A DNA stretch of 63,777 bases, filler included, from Planctomycetota bacterium (GTDB lineage: Bacteria > Planctomycetota > Planctomycetia > JALXBF01): the NCBI GenBank assembly GCA_026991575.1. It is 4 parts of 4 records of this genome, joined end to end, with 100 filler letters (N's around TTAATTAATTAA, not from the genome) between each part and the next. Parts side by side here need not be neighbours in the genome. Positions count along the whole stretch, not along the records: positions 1 to 25,064 come from JALXBF010000034.1; 3 more parts are not named here. One strand, 5' to 3'. A program made the position numbers and the translations under genes. Under the pieces are notes generated by a model. It had not been told where the DNA came from. It saw only the letters and a program-made list of their open reading frames with translations, and ran no database searches. Of the stretch, positions 11,059 to 20,169 are shown in pieces (position 1 is the first letter of the stretch; each line of letters opens with the position of its first letter).

Positions 11059-11436
11059 ATGCCGACAAGCCGACTGCTTCTACTTGCTGTCACCACGCTG
11101 CTGGTCATGGCCGTTGGCCCGGGCTGCTACCGGCGCGGCATCGTGCCCGACCCGAATGCTCCCGTGCCAGACTACAGCTTCCGCGACGTGATCGAGCGGT
11201 TCCAGAAAGGGGAACCCGGCCAGGCCGCGGCGGGTGAAGGTCAGATGCCAATGATGGGCTTCGGTCCAGGCATGGCACCACAAACCGGGCAAGCCGACAC
11301 GGAAGCGGACAGGGCAGCGTCGCCGTCCGCAACTGGCTCTGCACAGGACGGCAAGCCCGATGCGGACGCGTCGGCGTCCCCTTCTGAGAATCCTTCCCCA
11401 GGCGACGAAACCGGCGCGTCACCGGCAAAAGACTAG
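11059..11436 (+). CDS. Putative lipoprotein
   Basis: GGAGG RBS, ATG 11059, hydrophobic leader ending GPGC (lipobox-like); low-complexity tail. Confidence 0.6.
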   Translation: MPTSRLLLLAVTTLLVMAVGPGCYRRGIVPDPNAPVPDYSFRDVIERFQKGEPGQAAAGEGQMPMMGFGPGMAPQTGQADTEADRAASPSATGSAQDGKPDADASASPSENPSPGDETGASPAKD

Positions 11437-11448
11437 CGCGGCGGTACG

Positions 11449-12450
11449 CTAAGCGGCCCGTACTACTCGTAACTCATGAGCACCGTCGGGCCGGGCAACC
11501 TCATAGTAGACGAACCGTCCGCGGTCGGGTACGTCCAACACGTCGACGTACCGAACCGAGCCGCTAGCATGTGGGACCGTGCACAATGGGCCATTCAGCG
11601 TGACGCGGTGGAACGTGCGAAGATCGAAGCTGTAGGCAAAGCCGAGCTTCTCCTCGTAGTTCTCCTGCACGCTTGCCGAGCCGTCGTAGAACGCGCACCA
11701 CAGGCCACCGTCGTGCCAGACGGTGCTGATGCGCGAGCAGTACCGGTCCCAGCCCCCCGCCCGTGGTCCGAAGACTTCCCCGAGCCACTGCCAGTGTCGG
11801 CCGTCCTCGCTGACGGCCAACCCAGTCGCCGATCGGATGAGCCCCGTGTTGTACGCGTCGGCGGTGCCATGCAGCTGCGTGGCGTCAGCATTGGTGGTAG
11901 CCGTTGCAAAGCTGACGATCATGTGCCACAAGCCGCCAACGCGGAACAGGAATGGGTCCTTGACCCCCTCTACCCCCAGCTCACCCGGCAGTAGTACCGG
12001 CTCGCGGGCTTCTGGGTCAAAGCCGCTGGGATCGGTAGCCTCAATCCGGTCAATGCGCCAGCGGTTATCGGCCGGGTCGACGTAGCTGACGAAGAACACC
12101 CAGCGGTTCGTGTCTAGCTGGACCAGCGCGCAGCGTTCGATGGACGGCGACTGCAACGTGGTCTTCTCGAGACGGAACACATCTTCATCGAACGACACGC
12201 CGTCGCGACTAGCGATGATCCGCACCTCGGCGCCCCGGTCCGGCTCGACGCCGCGGGGGCGCCGGATGCGGTAGCACAGTAGGACGCGATCGCCGGTCGG
12301 GTCGTAAACGGCTCCGGGAGCCCCCGCCCAGTAGCCGGGCCGGCCGGCAAGCGGCTCACGCACAACTGAGCCGGCCAGGGGATCGAAGCACAAGGGATCG
12401 ACGAATGAGCGTGCGGCAAGTGGTCCGTACATCGCTGGCATCTCGCTCAT
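11449..12450 (-). CDS. Five-bladed beta-propeller glycosyl-hydrolase-like protein
   Basis: WAGAP, VKDP, S.DG..W/F repeats. Confidence 0.65.
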   Translation of the reverse strand: MSEMPAMYGPLAARSFVDPLCFDPLAGSVVREPLAGRPGYWAGAPGAVYDPTGDRVLLCYRIRRPRGVEPDRGAEVRIIASRDGVSFDEDVFRLEKTTLQSPSIERCALVQLDTNRWVFFVSYVDPADNRWRIDRIEATDPSGFDPEAREPVLLPGELGVEGVKDPFLFRVGGLWHMIVSFATATTNADATQLHGTADAYNTGLIRSATGLAVSEDGRHWQWLGEVFGPRAGGWDRYCSRISTVWHDGGLWCAFYDGSASVQENYEEKLGFAYSFDLRTFHRVTLNGPLCTVPHASGSVRYVDVLDVPDRGRFVYYEVARPDGAHELRVVRAA

Positions 12451-12688
12451 CGTTGGGTAATCCGCGCCCGTCAGGCATGCTCAGCTGGAATGGCATGGTC
12501 GGGCTTTCTATGGTAGAGCCCACGCCGACGAGCAGGAGGGTCACGAGACGGATCGGGGTTGGCGCAATAGACTTCAGTGGTGGAGAATGCTCGGCAGTCG
12601 CACGGGCGCGGTCGAGCGGGAGACCGTGGACGGAACGCTCGGTAAACCGGGCGAGGGCGAGTGAGGTGTTTCGGGAGGTGTGTGGGCT

Positions 12689-13826
12689 ATGGCCGTGGAT
12701 CCGGATCTGAGGCGTCAAGTCGAGGACATCATCGGTCGCATCGTACGTCTGCGGGACAGTCTTTGACATCGCTGCCAAGGAGCAGGAGCGCGCCCGGCTG
12801 GAGGCGCGCATGGGTGAGGCTGGCTTCTGGGACGATCCGGAGCAGGCACAGCGCACGATCGACCGGCTCAAGTCGCTGAACGCGTTCATCAAGCCGGTGC
12901 AGGAGCTTGAACAGGCTGCCGGCGACCTGGAGGCTATGCTGGAGCTTGCCGACGAGGATCCCACCGACTCGATGCAAGCTGAGCTGGCGCGCGAGGTGCG
13001 TCGGGTTCAGGGGCTGCTGGAAGCGGTCGAGCTGCGCACGCTCATGACCGGCAAGTACGACGACCGGGCCGCATTCGTGGCAATTCAGGCGGGCGCTGGA
13101 GGCACGGAAGCGTGCGATTGGGTCAGCATGCTGCTGCGTATGTACACGCGGTGGGCACAGCGGCACGGCTTCGAAACGGAGATCGTCGATGAGGTTCCGG
13201 GCGAAGAGGCTGGTTTCCGGAGCGTGACGCTCGCGGTGCGCGGCGATTACGTGTACGGCTTCCTGCAGGGCGAGACCGGCGTGCACCGGCTGGTGCGCAT
13301 CAGCCCCTTTGATGCCGCAGCACGGAGACATACGTCGTTCGCATCCGTAGAGGTGATTCCAGAGCTGGAGGAAACACCGGATATCGAGATTCGGGATGAG
13401 GATCTGGTGATCGAGACCATGCGGGCCAGCGGAGCAGGTGGCCAGCATGTGAACAAGACCAGCTCGGCCGTGCGGATTACCCACATCCCAACAGGCATTG
13501 TGGTGAAGTGCCAGAACGAGCGGTCCCAGCACCGGAATCGTGCCATGGCGATGAAGATCCTGCGGGCTAAGCTGCTGCGGCTGGAGGAAGCGAAGCGGCG
13601 CGAGGAGTTGGGCAAGCTCTACGACGAGAAGGGCGACATTGCCTTCGGGCACCAGATCCGCAGCTACGTGTTACAGCCCTATCAGCTGGTAAAGGATCAC
13701 CGCACGGGTGTGGAGACCGCTAAGGTCCAGGACGTTCTGGACGGGGAAATCGACCCGTTCCTGGAAGAGTACTTGCGGCAGAAGGTTAAACGGGAGCAAG
13801 CCGAACTGGCCCGCAAGCGTCAGTAG
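12689..13826 (+). CDS. prfB: Peptide chain release factor 2, programmed +1 frameshift
   Basis: GGAGG RBS and ATG 12689; 24 codons, then CTT-TGA-C at 12761-12767; +1 frame joins the ORF containing SPF and GAGGQHVN. Confidence 0.97.
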
Positions 13827-14166
13827 GAGCCGCCGCAGATCTCCCCTAGCTCAGCCTGCACCCTCTCAACCCTGGATGCATCCGTTCGTTTCGATCGCGT
13901 ACGGCGGCCGATCAAGACGGTTGTGCGAAACGGCACAGGGGGACCCTACGGAAGCGGCGCGCGCCTCAGGCAGCGCCGCGCTCGGCGCTGCGCCTGCCGA
14001 GGAAACGGACGCCAGCCGACGCGACGTTTGCCACCGCGCCTCGGGGCTCGATTGGTCCTCGGAACCCGATCGCCGCTCGGGCGGTGCGAACCGGGCTGCG
14101 TTGCCGAGGGCGTAGGCGTAGAATCACATGGGTGGCGCCAGCGGCCTTTACAAAGGAGATGCGACA

Positions 14167-15312
14167 ATGCTGGCCGTAACACGTCTGCACGCCTGGGCCA
14201 TGGTCATCTTTCTCGGTACGCTGCCGGCGGCGACACTGGCACAGCATCACGGCGGGCATCACGGCGGTGGACATTTCGGTGGCCATTTTGGCGGACATCA
14301 CGGCGCCATTGGCGGCCATTTCGGCGGGCACGTCGACATCGGACACGGTGTGCACATCGGTGGTCACATCGGTCACGGCCTCGGCCACGACCTGATCGAT
14401 CACCACGTCGGGCTGGATCATCACTTCGGTTTCCTCGATCACCACGACATCGTGCACCACGAACTCCATCACTACGAACCCCACCATGCCGCATTCTTTC
14501 TCTATGGCGTGAACGTCTACGTGCCTGTTGGGTATTACAGCTACTACTACGGTCCGTGGCCGTACTGGCAGTACTACTACCCATTTCCGTACGGGTCGGT
14601 GTATGCCGATCCAGTCACGCCGCGGCGGGTGGTGCAGCGTGCCCAGCGGTCCACGACCAGTCCGGTGCGGCGGCAGGGCGCTTCGGCAAACCGCTCCAGC
14701 CAGGACCAGAATGATCCGCGGGTCGTTGGCGCCCGGTTCCTGCAACGGGCTCGTGAAGCATTTCGCCGTGGCAACTATCGGCAGGCCGCACGGATGGCCA
14801 GCCACGCGGCCGTCGAATTGCCGCGTGATCCGGAGGTACACCAGATGGTCGCGCTTGCTCTGTTTGCTCTGGGCGACTACCCGGGTGCTGCCGCAGCGGC
14901 TGCTGCCGCACTCGCAAACGGCCAGCCCTGGCGGTGGCCGGAGCTGCGTGCTCAGTACGCCTCGGTCAGCACCTACGAAGCTCAGTTGCGCAAGCTCGAG
15001 AAGCGGGTTCGGGACCATCCAAATGACGTCCCCGCCCGCTTCCTGCTGGCCTACCACTACCTTGTGCTCGGACATGCCCGAGTTGCCCGGGAGGAGCTGC
15101 AGGCGCTGGTTCGCGTAGAGCCGCGCCATCAGCTGGCCCAGGGCCTGCTCAAATGGCTCACCGACGGCTATCCGAACGGACAGCCGTGGCAGCCTGCCCG
15201 TTGGCTGCCCGGCCCGCCGTCCCGACCATCGAGTCCCCCAGCTGCGAACACGCCCGGCCCGCAGCCGCGACCGCTGCCTGAACCAACCACTCCGCCGAGG
15301 CAACAGCCGTGA
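14167..15312 (+). CDS. Secreted TPR protein with His/Gly-rich and Tyr-rich N-terminal region
   Basis: AAGGAG RBS, signal peptide, GGH repeats, TPR-like helices (ARFLLAYHYL). Confidence 0.8.
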   Translation: MLAVTRLHAWAMVIFLGTLPAATLAQHHGGHHGGGHFGGHFGGHHGAIGGHFGGHVDIGHGVHIGGHIGHGLGHDLIDHHVGLDHHFGFLDHHDIVHHELHHYEPHHAAFFLYGVNVYVPVGYYSYYYGPWPYWQYYYPFPYGSVYADPVTPRRVVQRAQRSTTSPVRRQGASANRSSQDQNDPRVVGARFLQRAREAFRRGNYRQAARMASHAAVELPRDPEVHQMVALALFALGDYPGAAAAAAAALANGQPWRWPELRAQYASVSTYEAQLRKLEKRVRDHPNDVPARFLLAYHYLVLGHARVAREELQALVRVEPRHQLAQGLLKWLTDGYPNGQPWQPARWLPGPPSRPSSPPAANTPGPQPRPLPEPTTPPRQQP

Positions 15313-15576
15313 GCCCGGACCACGCCCGGACGCCCTGGCCAGCGCGGACGTCGCTGCCTTAGAGACGCTACGCCAGTCTACGGGCGCGATGGCGCGCGCA
15401 GGACGTTTCGGCGGCCAGTGCGGCACTAAGCGGGCTGCCGCCCCGCGAACCTTGTCCCCCGCCAGAACGATTAACTATGAGGGGATCTGCTCTGAAGACC
15501 CTCGCGTTCCGGCGACCGACGCCTGTGTCTGGCCACGTGACAATCGCCACGATCGTGGCAGGGGGCCGGCCATCCG

Positions 15577-16347
15577 GTGAGCAATTCCGGTGAGAAGCCA
15601 GCCAAGTTGCTATCGGTTGTTATCCCCTTCCTGAACGAAGAAGCCACCCTAGGCAGCCTGGTCGAACGAGTTCAACGGGCTCGGTTGCCATCGGGCTGGT
15701 CCAGGGAGCTGATTCTGGTCGACGACGGCTCGACCGACCGTTCAGGGACACTCGCCGACGAACTCGCCGCTCGCTGGCCGAACATCCGGGTATGCCACCA
15801 TAAGCGGAACCGGGGCAAGGGAGCGGCGGTCCGCACCGGCTACCGGCTCGCCCGAGGCGACGTGGTGATCGTCCAGGATGCGGATCTGGAATACGACCCG
15901 CGGGACTATGCTCGGATCCTGGCCGCGATGGATCGACACGGCAGCGCTGCGGTCTATGGGTCCCGGATCCTCGGGCACACCGGCACGCGCTACCGCCGCT
16001 ACTGGCTCGGTGGCCGCCTGGTTACCACCGTTAACAACCTCCTTTTCGGCGCAACGTTGACCGATCAGCCCACCTGCTACAAAGCGGTGCGCCGTTGGCT
16101 GCTGGATGCGCTTGAGCTGGAAGCCGACGGCTTTGAATTCTGCACCGAACTGACGTGCAAACTGCTCAACCGCGGCATCCGGATCCGCGAGGTGCCGATC
16201 CGTTACTACCCGCGGGGCTTTGAGGAAGGAAAGAAGATTCGGCCACGCGATGGGCTAAAGGCAGTCTGGACAATGGTGCGGTTGTTGCTCTTTGACCGCT
16301 GCGGTCCGTCGGCTCGTCGGCGCGACTGCTCGGCGGAGGGCTGTTGA
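15577..16347 (+). CDS. GT2 glycosyltransferase (DPM1-like)
   Basis: VVIPFLNE, VDDGSTD, NRGKGAAV, QDADLEYDP. Confidence 0.9.
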   Translation: MSNSGEKPAKLLSVVIPFLNEEATLGSLVERVQRARLPSGWSRELILVDDGSTDRSGTLADELAARWPNIRVCHHKRNRGKGAAVRTGYRLARGDVVIVQDADLEYDPRDYARILAAMDRHGSAAVYGSRILGHTGTRYRRYWLGGRLVTTVNNLLFGATLTDQPTCYKAVRRWLLDALELEADGFEFCTELTCKLLNRGIRIREVPIRYYPRGFEEGKKIRPRDGLKAVWTMVRLLLFDRCGPSARRRDCSAEGC

Positions 16348-16583
16348 GTGCCACCAGACGGGGCGGGTGCAGCGTGCGTAGTAGAGACGCCGAAAGAAGC
16401 CAGGACGCCGAAGAGGCGTGCACCGTCCGGAACGTGTTCGTCAGCCTTCGCCCCGACGGCATTCGAAGCCGCCGCGGCCGTCTGCTCATCCGACCCGGTC
16501 TGCCGGACGGCAGCCCCCCGTTGAACCATGCGGCGCCGTTGCCGGCCATCTACTCAGGCTCTCAGAGCGACCATGGCGGCTAC

Positions 16584-16615
16584 TTGACCCCGTACCAAGG
16601 TACAGGCTCTAACCT
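16584..16615 (+). promoter_or_regulatory. MerR-family operator/promoter
   Basis: TTGACC-20 nt-TAACCT; the spacer holds the dyad CCCGTAC-CAAG-GTACAGG (GTAC-N4-GTAC), in the same register as mer operators. Confidence 0.8.
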
Positions 16616-16662
16616 TTAGCGGGCGGTCCATGCGGCGAACACAGTCGGAGGAGGAAGATGCC

Positions 16663-17361
16663 GTGCCCACCGTGGACGATGTCCATGCGGCCATCAGCAG
16701 TCTGACCACGATGTCTCCCTGGGCTATCGTGCTCGCGGCCACCGCCGGGCTACTGCTGATGGCCACCCCCAGTGTTTTGGCCATGCTGCCGGTGATCGTC
16801 GGCTACGTGGCGGCCGAGCCGGGGCTTAGCAGGATGCGGGCCATCACGCGTAGCGTGGCCTTCCTTACCGGAACGGCAACAACGTTCGGCATCTACGGGC
16901 TCGTCTTCGGCTGGGCCGGCACCGTGCTGGCGCCTTTGTTTGGCCCGAACGGATACCTGGTCGCGGGCATCGTGCTTATGGTGCTGGGCAGCCTGGTGCT
17001 CGCACGGGTCAAGCTGTCGCTGCCGGCGCTACGGCTGCCGGAGCGCAAGGTGGAAACGCTGTGGGGGGCGTACTTGTTGGGTATTCCCTTTGGCCTGGCC
17101 GGCTCAGCCTGTCCCTGCTCTGTGCCGGTCGTGCTGGCCATGCTGCTGTATGCCACCAGTGTGGGTAGCGCATGGTTCGGTGGCCTGCTCCTGTTTACGT
17201 TCGCCTTCATGCGCGGGCTGCCTCTGGTGCTGGCCGGTGCGTTTACCGGCTTTCTCAAGGACCTGCGTCCCCTCACCCGTTGGCGGCCGACGCTGGAGAA
17301 GCTCTCCGGCATCCTGCTGATTCTGCTCGGCGTGGCGTTCTTGCTGCATCCGCTGAGGTGA
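16663..17361 (+). CDS. CcdA/DsbD transmembrane-family protein with atypical cysteines
   Basis: About six TM segments, GAYLLGIPFGL..SACPCS.PV. GTG 16663 has a GGAGG RBS (alternative start ATG 16630). Confidence 0.8.
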   Translation: MPTVDDVHAAISSLTTMSPWAIVLAATAGLLLMATPSVLAMLPVIVGYVAAEPGLSRMRAITRSVAFLTGTATTFGIYGLVFGWAGTVLAPLFGPNGYLVAGIVLMVLGSLVLARVKLSLPALRLPERKVETLWGAYLLGIPFGLAGSACPCSVPVVLAMLLYATSVGSAWFGGLLLFTFAFMRGLPLVLAGAFTGFLKDLRPLTRWRPTLEKLSGILLILLGVAFLLHPLR

Positions 17362-17371
17362 CCGGACTGCC

Positions 17372-20119
17372 ATGACTTCCGCCGCGACGAACACGATCGA
17401 ACGTCTGACCCTGCGGATCGTCGGGCAGCGTAAGCTGCATTGCGCCAGCTGCGAGCAGCGGGTCGCCGAACAACTGCGTAGCGTCTCCGGTGTGGTCGAT
17501 GTCCAGGCCAGCGCGTCGCGTCAGGAAGTCAGCGTCACCTACGACCCACGGCAGACTGATCCGGAAGCCCTGAGACAGGTCCTGGAACGGCTCGGCTACC
17601 GGACCAAGCCGGCCGACGAGGTTAGCGAGGTCGCGGGGCCGGGCAGTTCCGCGGCCCAGGCTCCCGACCAGGATCGGCAATCAACTGCATCACACGACGG
17701 GTGTGACCGATTGCAGCCCCCCAACGCTCGGCGCGAGCGCCGACAGGTCCTGGCCTCCAGGGAGTCTTCGCAGGAAGCAGCAGCGGTCGCCGTCGCGGGG
17801 GGCGGAGAGCTACCAACCAACAGGCAGTTTGAGAAGCTGCAACTGAAAATCGGTGGCATCGAGTGCTCTTTCTGCGTGGGCACGATCACGAAAGCCCTGG
17901 GTCAGATTGACGGCGTTGAAGAGGTTGCCGTCAATATGGCCCATGAAGAAGCGCTGGTACGGTACGATCCCGCCCGGGTGACTCCCACGGAGCTGAAAGA
18001 GGTGCTCCGAGAGCTGGGCTACGTGGTGCGGGACGTTGGCCGCGAGCGTTCGTTTGAAGAGCAGGAGGCAGAGCTGAGGGCGGAACGGAACAACCTTCTG
18101 TTGGCCGCGGCATACGCCGCAATCGCCTTCAACTTCATGTTGTTGATGTGGTTCGATCTTCTGGCCATGGAGCGGGCCTGGCCGTTTCTGATCTGGCTTG
18201 CACCGACGCTGGCGCTGGCCACGATGTTTGGCCCCGGGTGGCGGTTCCTTACGGTGGCCTGGGCCAGTCTGAAGCGCGGCATTCTCAATCAGCATGTGCT
18301 CATGGAACTCGGCGCCTGGGCCGGCCTGATCGGGGGCTTTCTCGCCTACGCGGTTGACTTTCCCGATTCCCCTCTATCGCGCTGGCTCGGGGTCGACTAC
18401 CCGGTACTGTTCGATTTCTTCGGCGTCGTGGTATTCATCAACACGTACCACATCCTCTCCGCGTACGTGTCGCTGCTGGTTCGTACGCGCGCTTCGCAGG
18501 CCGTACGTCGCCTGCTGGATCTTGCGCCGCCGACGGCCCGAGTCGTGCGGGATGGCCGCGAGCAAGTGGTGCCGGTCGAGGAGGTGGAGAAAGGCGACCT
18601 GATACGGATCCGCCCCGGTGAGGCCATTCCGCTGGACGGCGTCGTGGTCGAAGGCAGTTCCACGGTTGATGAACATCTGGTAACCGGGGAGTCGATCCCG
18701 GTGGAGAAGGGGCCTGGGGACGAGGTGATCGGGGGGGCGATTGTGCAGACCGGCACACTGCTGGTGCGGGTCACGCGAGTGGGTGCTGAAGGCTTCCTGC
18801 AGCAGGTGGCACGTCAGGTCGAAGAGGCACGGGCGCTGAAGCCGGGGGTATTGGTGCTCGTAGACCGCGTGCTGAAGGTGTACGTGCCCGGCGTGCTGGC
18901 ATTCGCCGTTCTGGCGTTTCTGATCTGGACCATCGGAGCCGCGCTTTTCGGCGACGGCCCCGATTGGACCCGAGCCCTGCTGGCGGCGCTTGCTGTCCTG
19001 GTAATGGGCTATCCGTGCGCGCTGGGTATGGCAACGCCGCTGGCAATGATTCGCGGCGGCGGCATCGCCGCAGAACGTGGCATCCTGATGCGCTCGGGTG
19101 AGGCGTTCCAGGTGTTGAAGGACGTCCGCAAGGTGATTCTGGACAAGACCGGCACGATCACGCGGGGCGAGCCGGCCGTGGTTGAACTGGTTGCTTACGA
19201 TCCGTTCACGCCCGAGGAGCTGCTTCGGTGGGCAGCGGCGGTCGAGAGTTTCTCTGAACACCCCCTTGGCCAGGCAATTGTTCAAGCCGCGGAGGCTGCC
19301 GGGGTGGCGCTGCCTCCGGCCCGCAACTTCGCTGCTGTGCCCGGCAAAGGCGTGATCGCAGCGGTCGAAGGCAAGATGGTCCGCGTCGGCAAAGCGGACT
19401 ACATCCGTGAGGCCGGCGTTACGTTGGACGAGCGTGTCACCGCCACGTTGACCGAGCTTCAGGCGGCCGGCTGCACGACCGTCGCTGTGGCAGTTGACGG
19501 AGTGCTGGCCGGACTGATCGCCCTGGCCGACCCGATTAAGCCGGACGCTGCCGAAGCGATCCGGCGTCTGAAAGCACTGGGGTTAGAACCGGTGATGCTC
19601 ACCGGCGACAACGAGCGAACGGCACGGGCAGTGGCGCAGGCCGTAGGGATTGACGATTACCGCGCGGAGGTGCTTCCTCATCAGAAGGTCGAAACGGTCC
19701 GCTCATTGCAGCGTCGCGGCTATCGTGTGGTCATGGTCGGTGACGGCATCAACGATGCCCCCGCGCTGATGCAAGCCGACGTGGGCATTGCCATCGGCGC
19801 AGGCACAGACATCGCCATTGAATCGGCCGACATTGTCATCATCGGCGACCGTCTCACGGCTGTTGTCGACGCGTACGAGATCGGTCGTGAGTCGTACCGC
19901 AAGACGGTGCAGAACCTGGTGCTTGCCTTCTCCTTCAATGGCATCGGCGTGCCGCTGGCCACCACCGGTCTGGTCCACCCGATCTGGGCAATGATCGCCA
20001 TGATTGCCAGCGTCACCACCGTGCTTGCCAACTCCTTCGGCGGGCGGTTGATCAAGAGCACGCCGTGGCGGTCCGCGCCCGAGGCGCGCGGGAACGGAAC
20101 CAGTGCCGCGGGCTGCTAG
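17372..20119 (+). CDS. Heavy-metal P1B-type ATPase with two HMA domains
   Basis: HCASC and ECSFC metal-binding motifs, TGES, YPC in place of CPC, DKTGT, SEHP, GDGIND. Confidence 0.95.
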   Translation: MTSAATNTIERLTLRIVGQRKLHCASCEQRVAEQLRSVSGVVDVQASASRQEVSVTYDPRQTDPEALRQVLERLGYRTKPADEVSEVAGPGSSAAQAPDQDRQSTASHDGCDRLQPPNARRERRQVLASRESSQEAAAVAVAGGGELPTNRQFEKLQLKIGGIECSFCVGTITKALGQIDGVEEVAVNMAHEEALVRYDPARVTPTELKEVLRELGYVVRDVGRERSFEEQEAELRAERNNLLLAAAYAAIAFNFMLLMWFDLLAMERAWPFLIWLAPTLALATMFGPGWRFLTVAWASLKRGILNQHVLMELGAWAGLIGGFLAYAVDFPDSPLSRWLGVDYPVLFDFFGVVVFINTYHILSAYVSLLVRTRASQAVRRLLDLAPPTARVVRDGREQVVPVEEVEKGDLIRIRPGEAIPLDGVVVEGSSTVDEHLVTGESIPVEKGPGDEVIGGAIVQTGTLLVRVTRVGAEGFLQQVARQVEEARALKPGVLVLVDRVLKVYVPGVLAFAVLAFLIWTIGAALFGDGPDWTRALLAALAVLVMGYPCALGMATPLAMIRGGGIAAERGILMRSGEAFQVLKDVRKVILDKTGTITRGEPAVVELVAYDPFTPEELLRWAAAVESFSEHPLGQAIVQAAEAAGVALPPARNFAAVPGKGVIAAVEGKMVRVGKADYIREAGVTLDERVTATLTELQAAGCTTVAVAVDGVLAGLIALADPIKPDAAEAIRRLKALGLEPVMLTGDNERTARAVAQAVGIDDYRAEVLPHQKVETVRSLQRRGYRVVMVGDGINDAPALMQADVGIAIGAGTDIAIESADIVIIGDRLTAVVDAYEIGRESYRKTVQNLVLAFSFNGIGVPLATTGLVHPIWAMIAMIASVTTVLANSFGGRLIKSTPWRSAPEARGNGTSAAGC

Positions 20120-20169
20120 GCGGATCGGCGGGCAAGCGGGCATGAGCCGAACGCATGGGGCCGGGTTTC

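Noticed and set aside
14240..14480. Short nucleotide repeats resembling an array
   Set aside because: They encode Gly/His repeats within a CDS; there is no repeat-spacer periodicity and no cas genes. No CRISPR array, tRNA or rRNA was recognised in the window.
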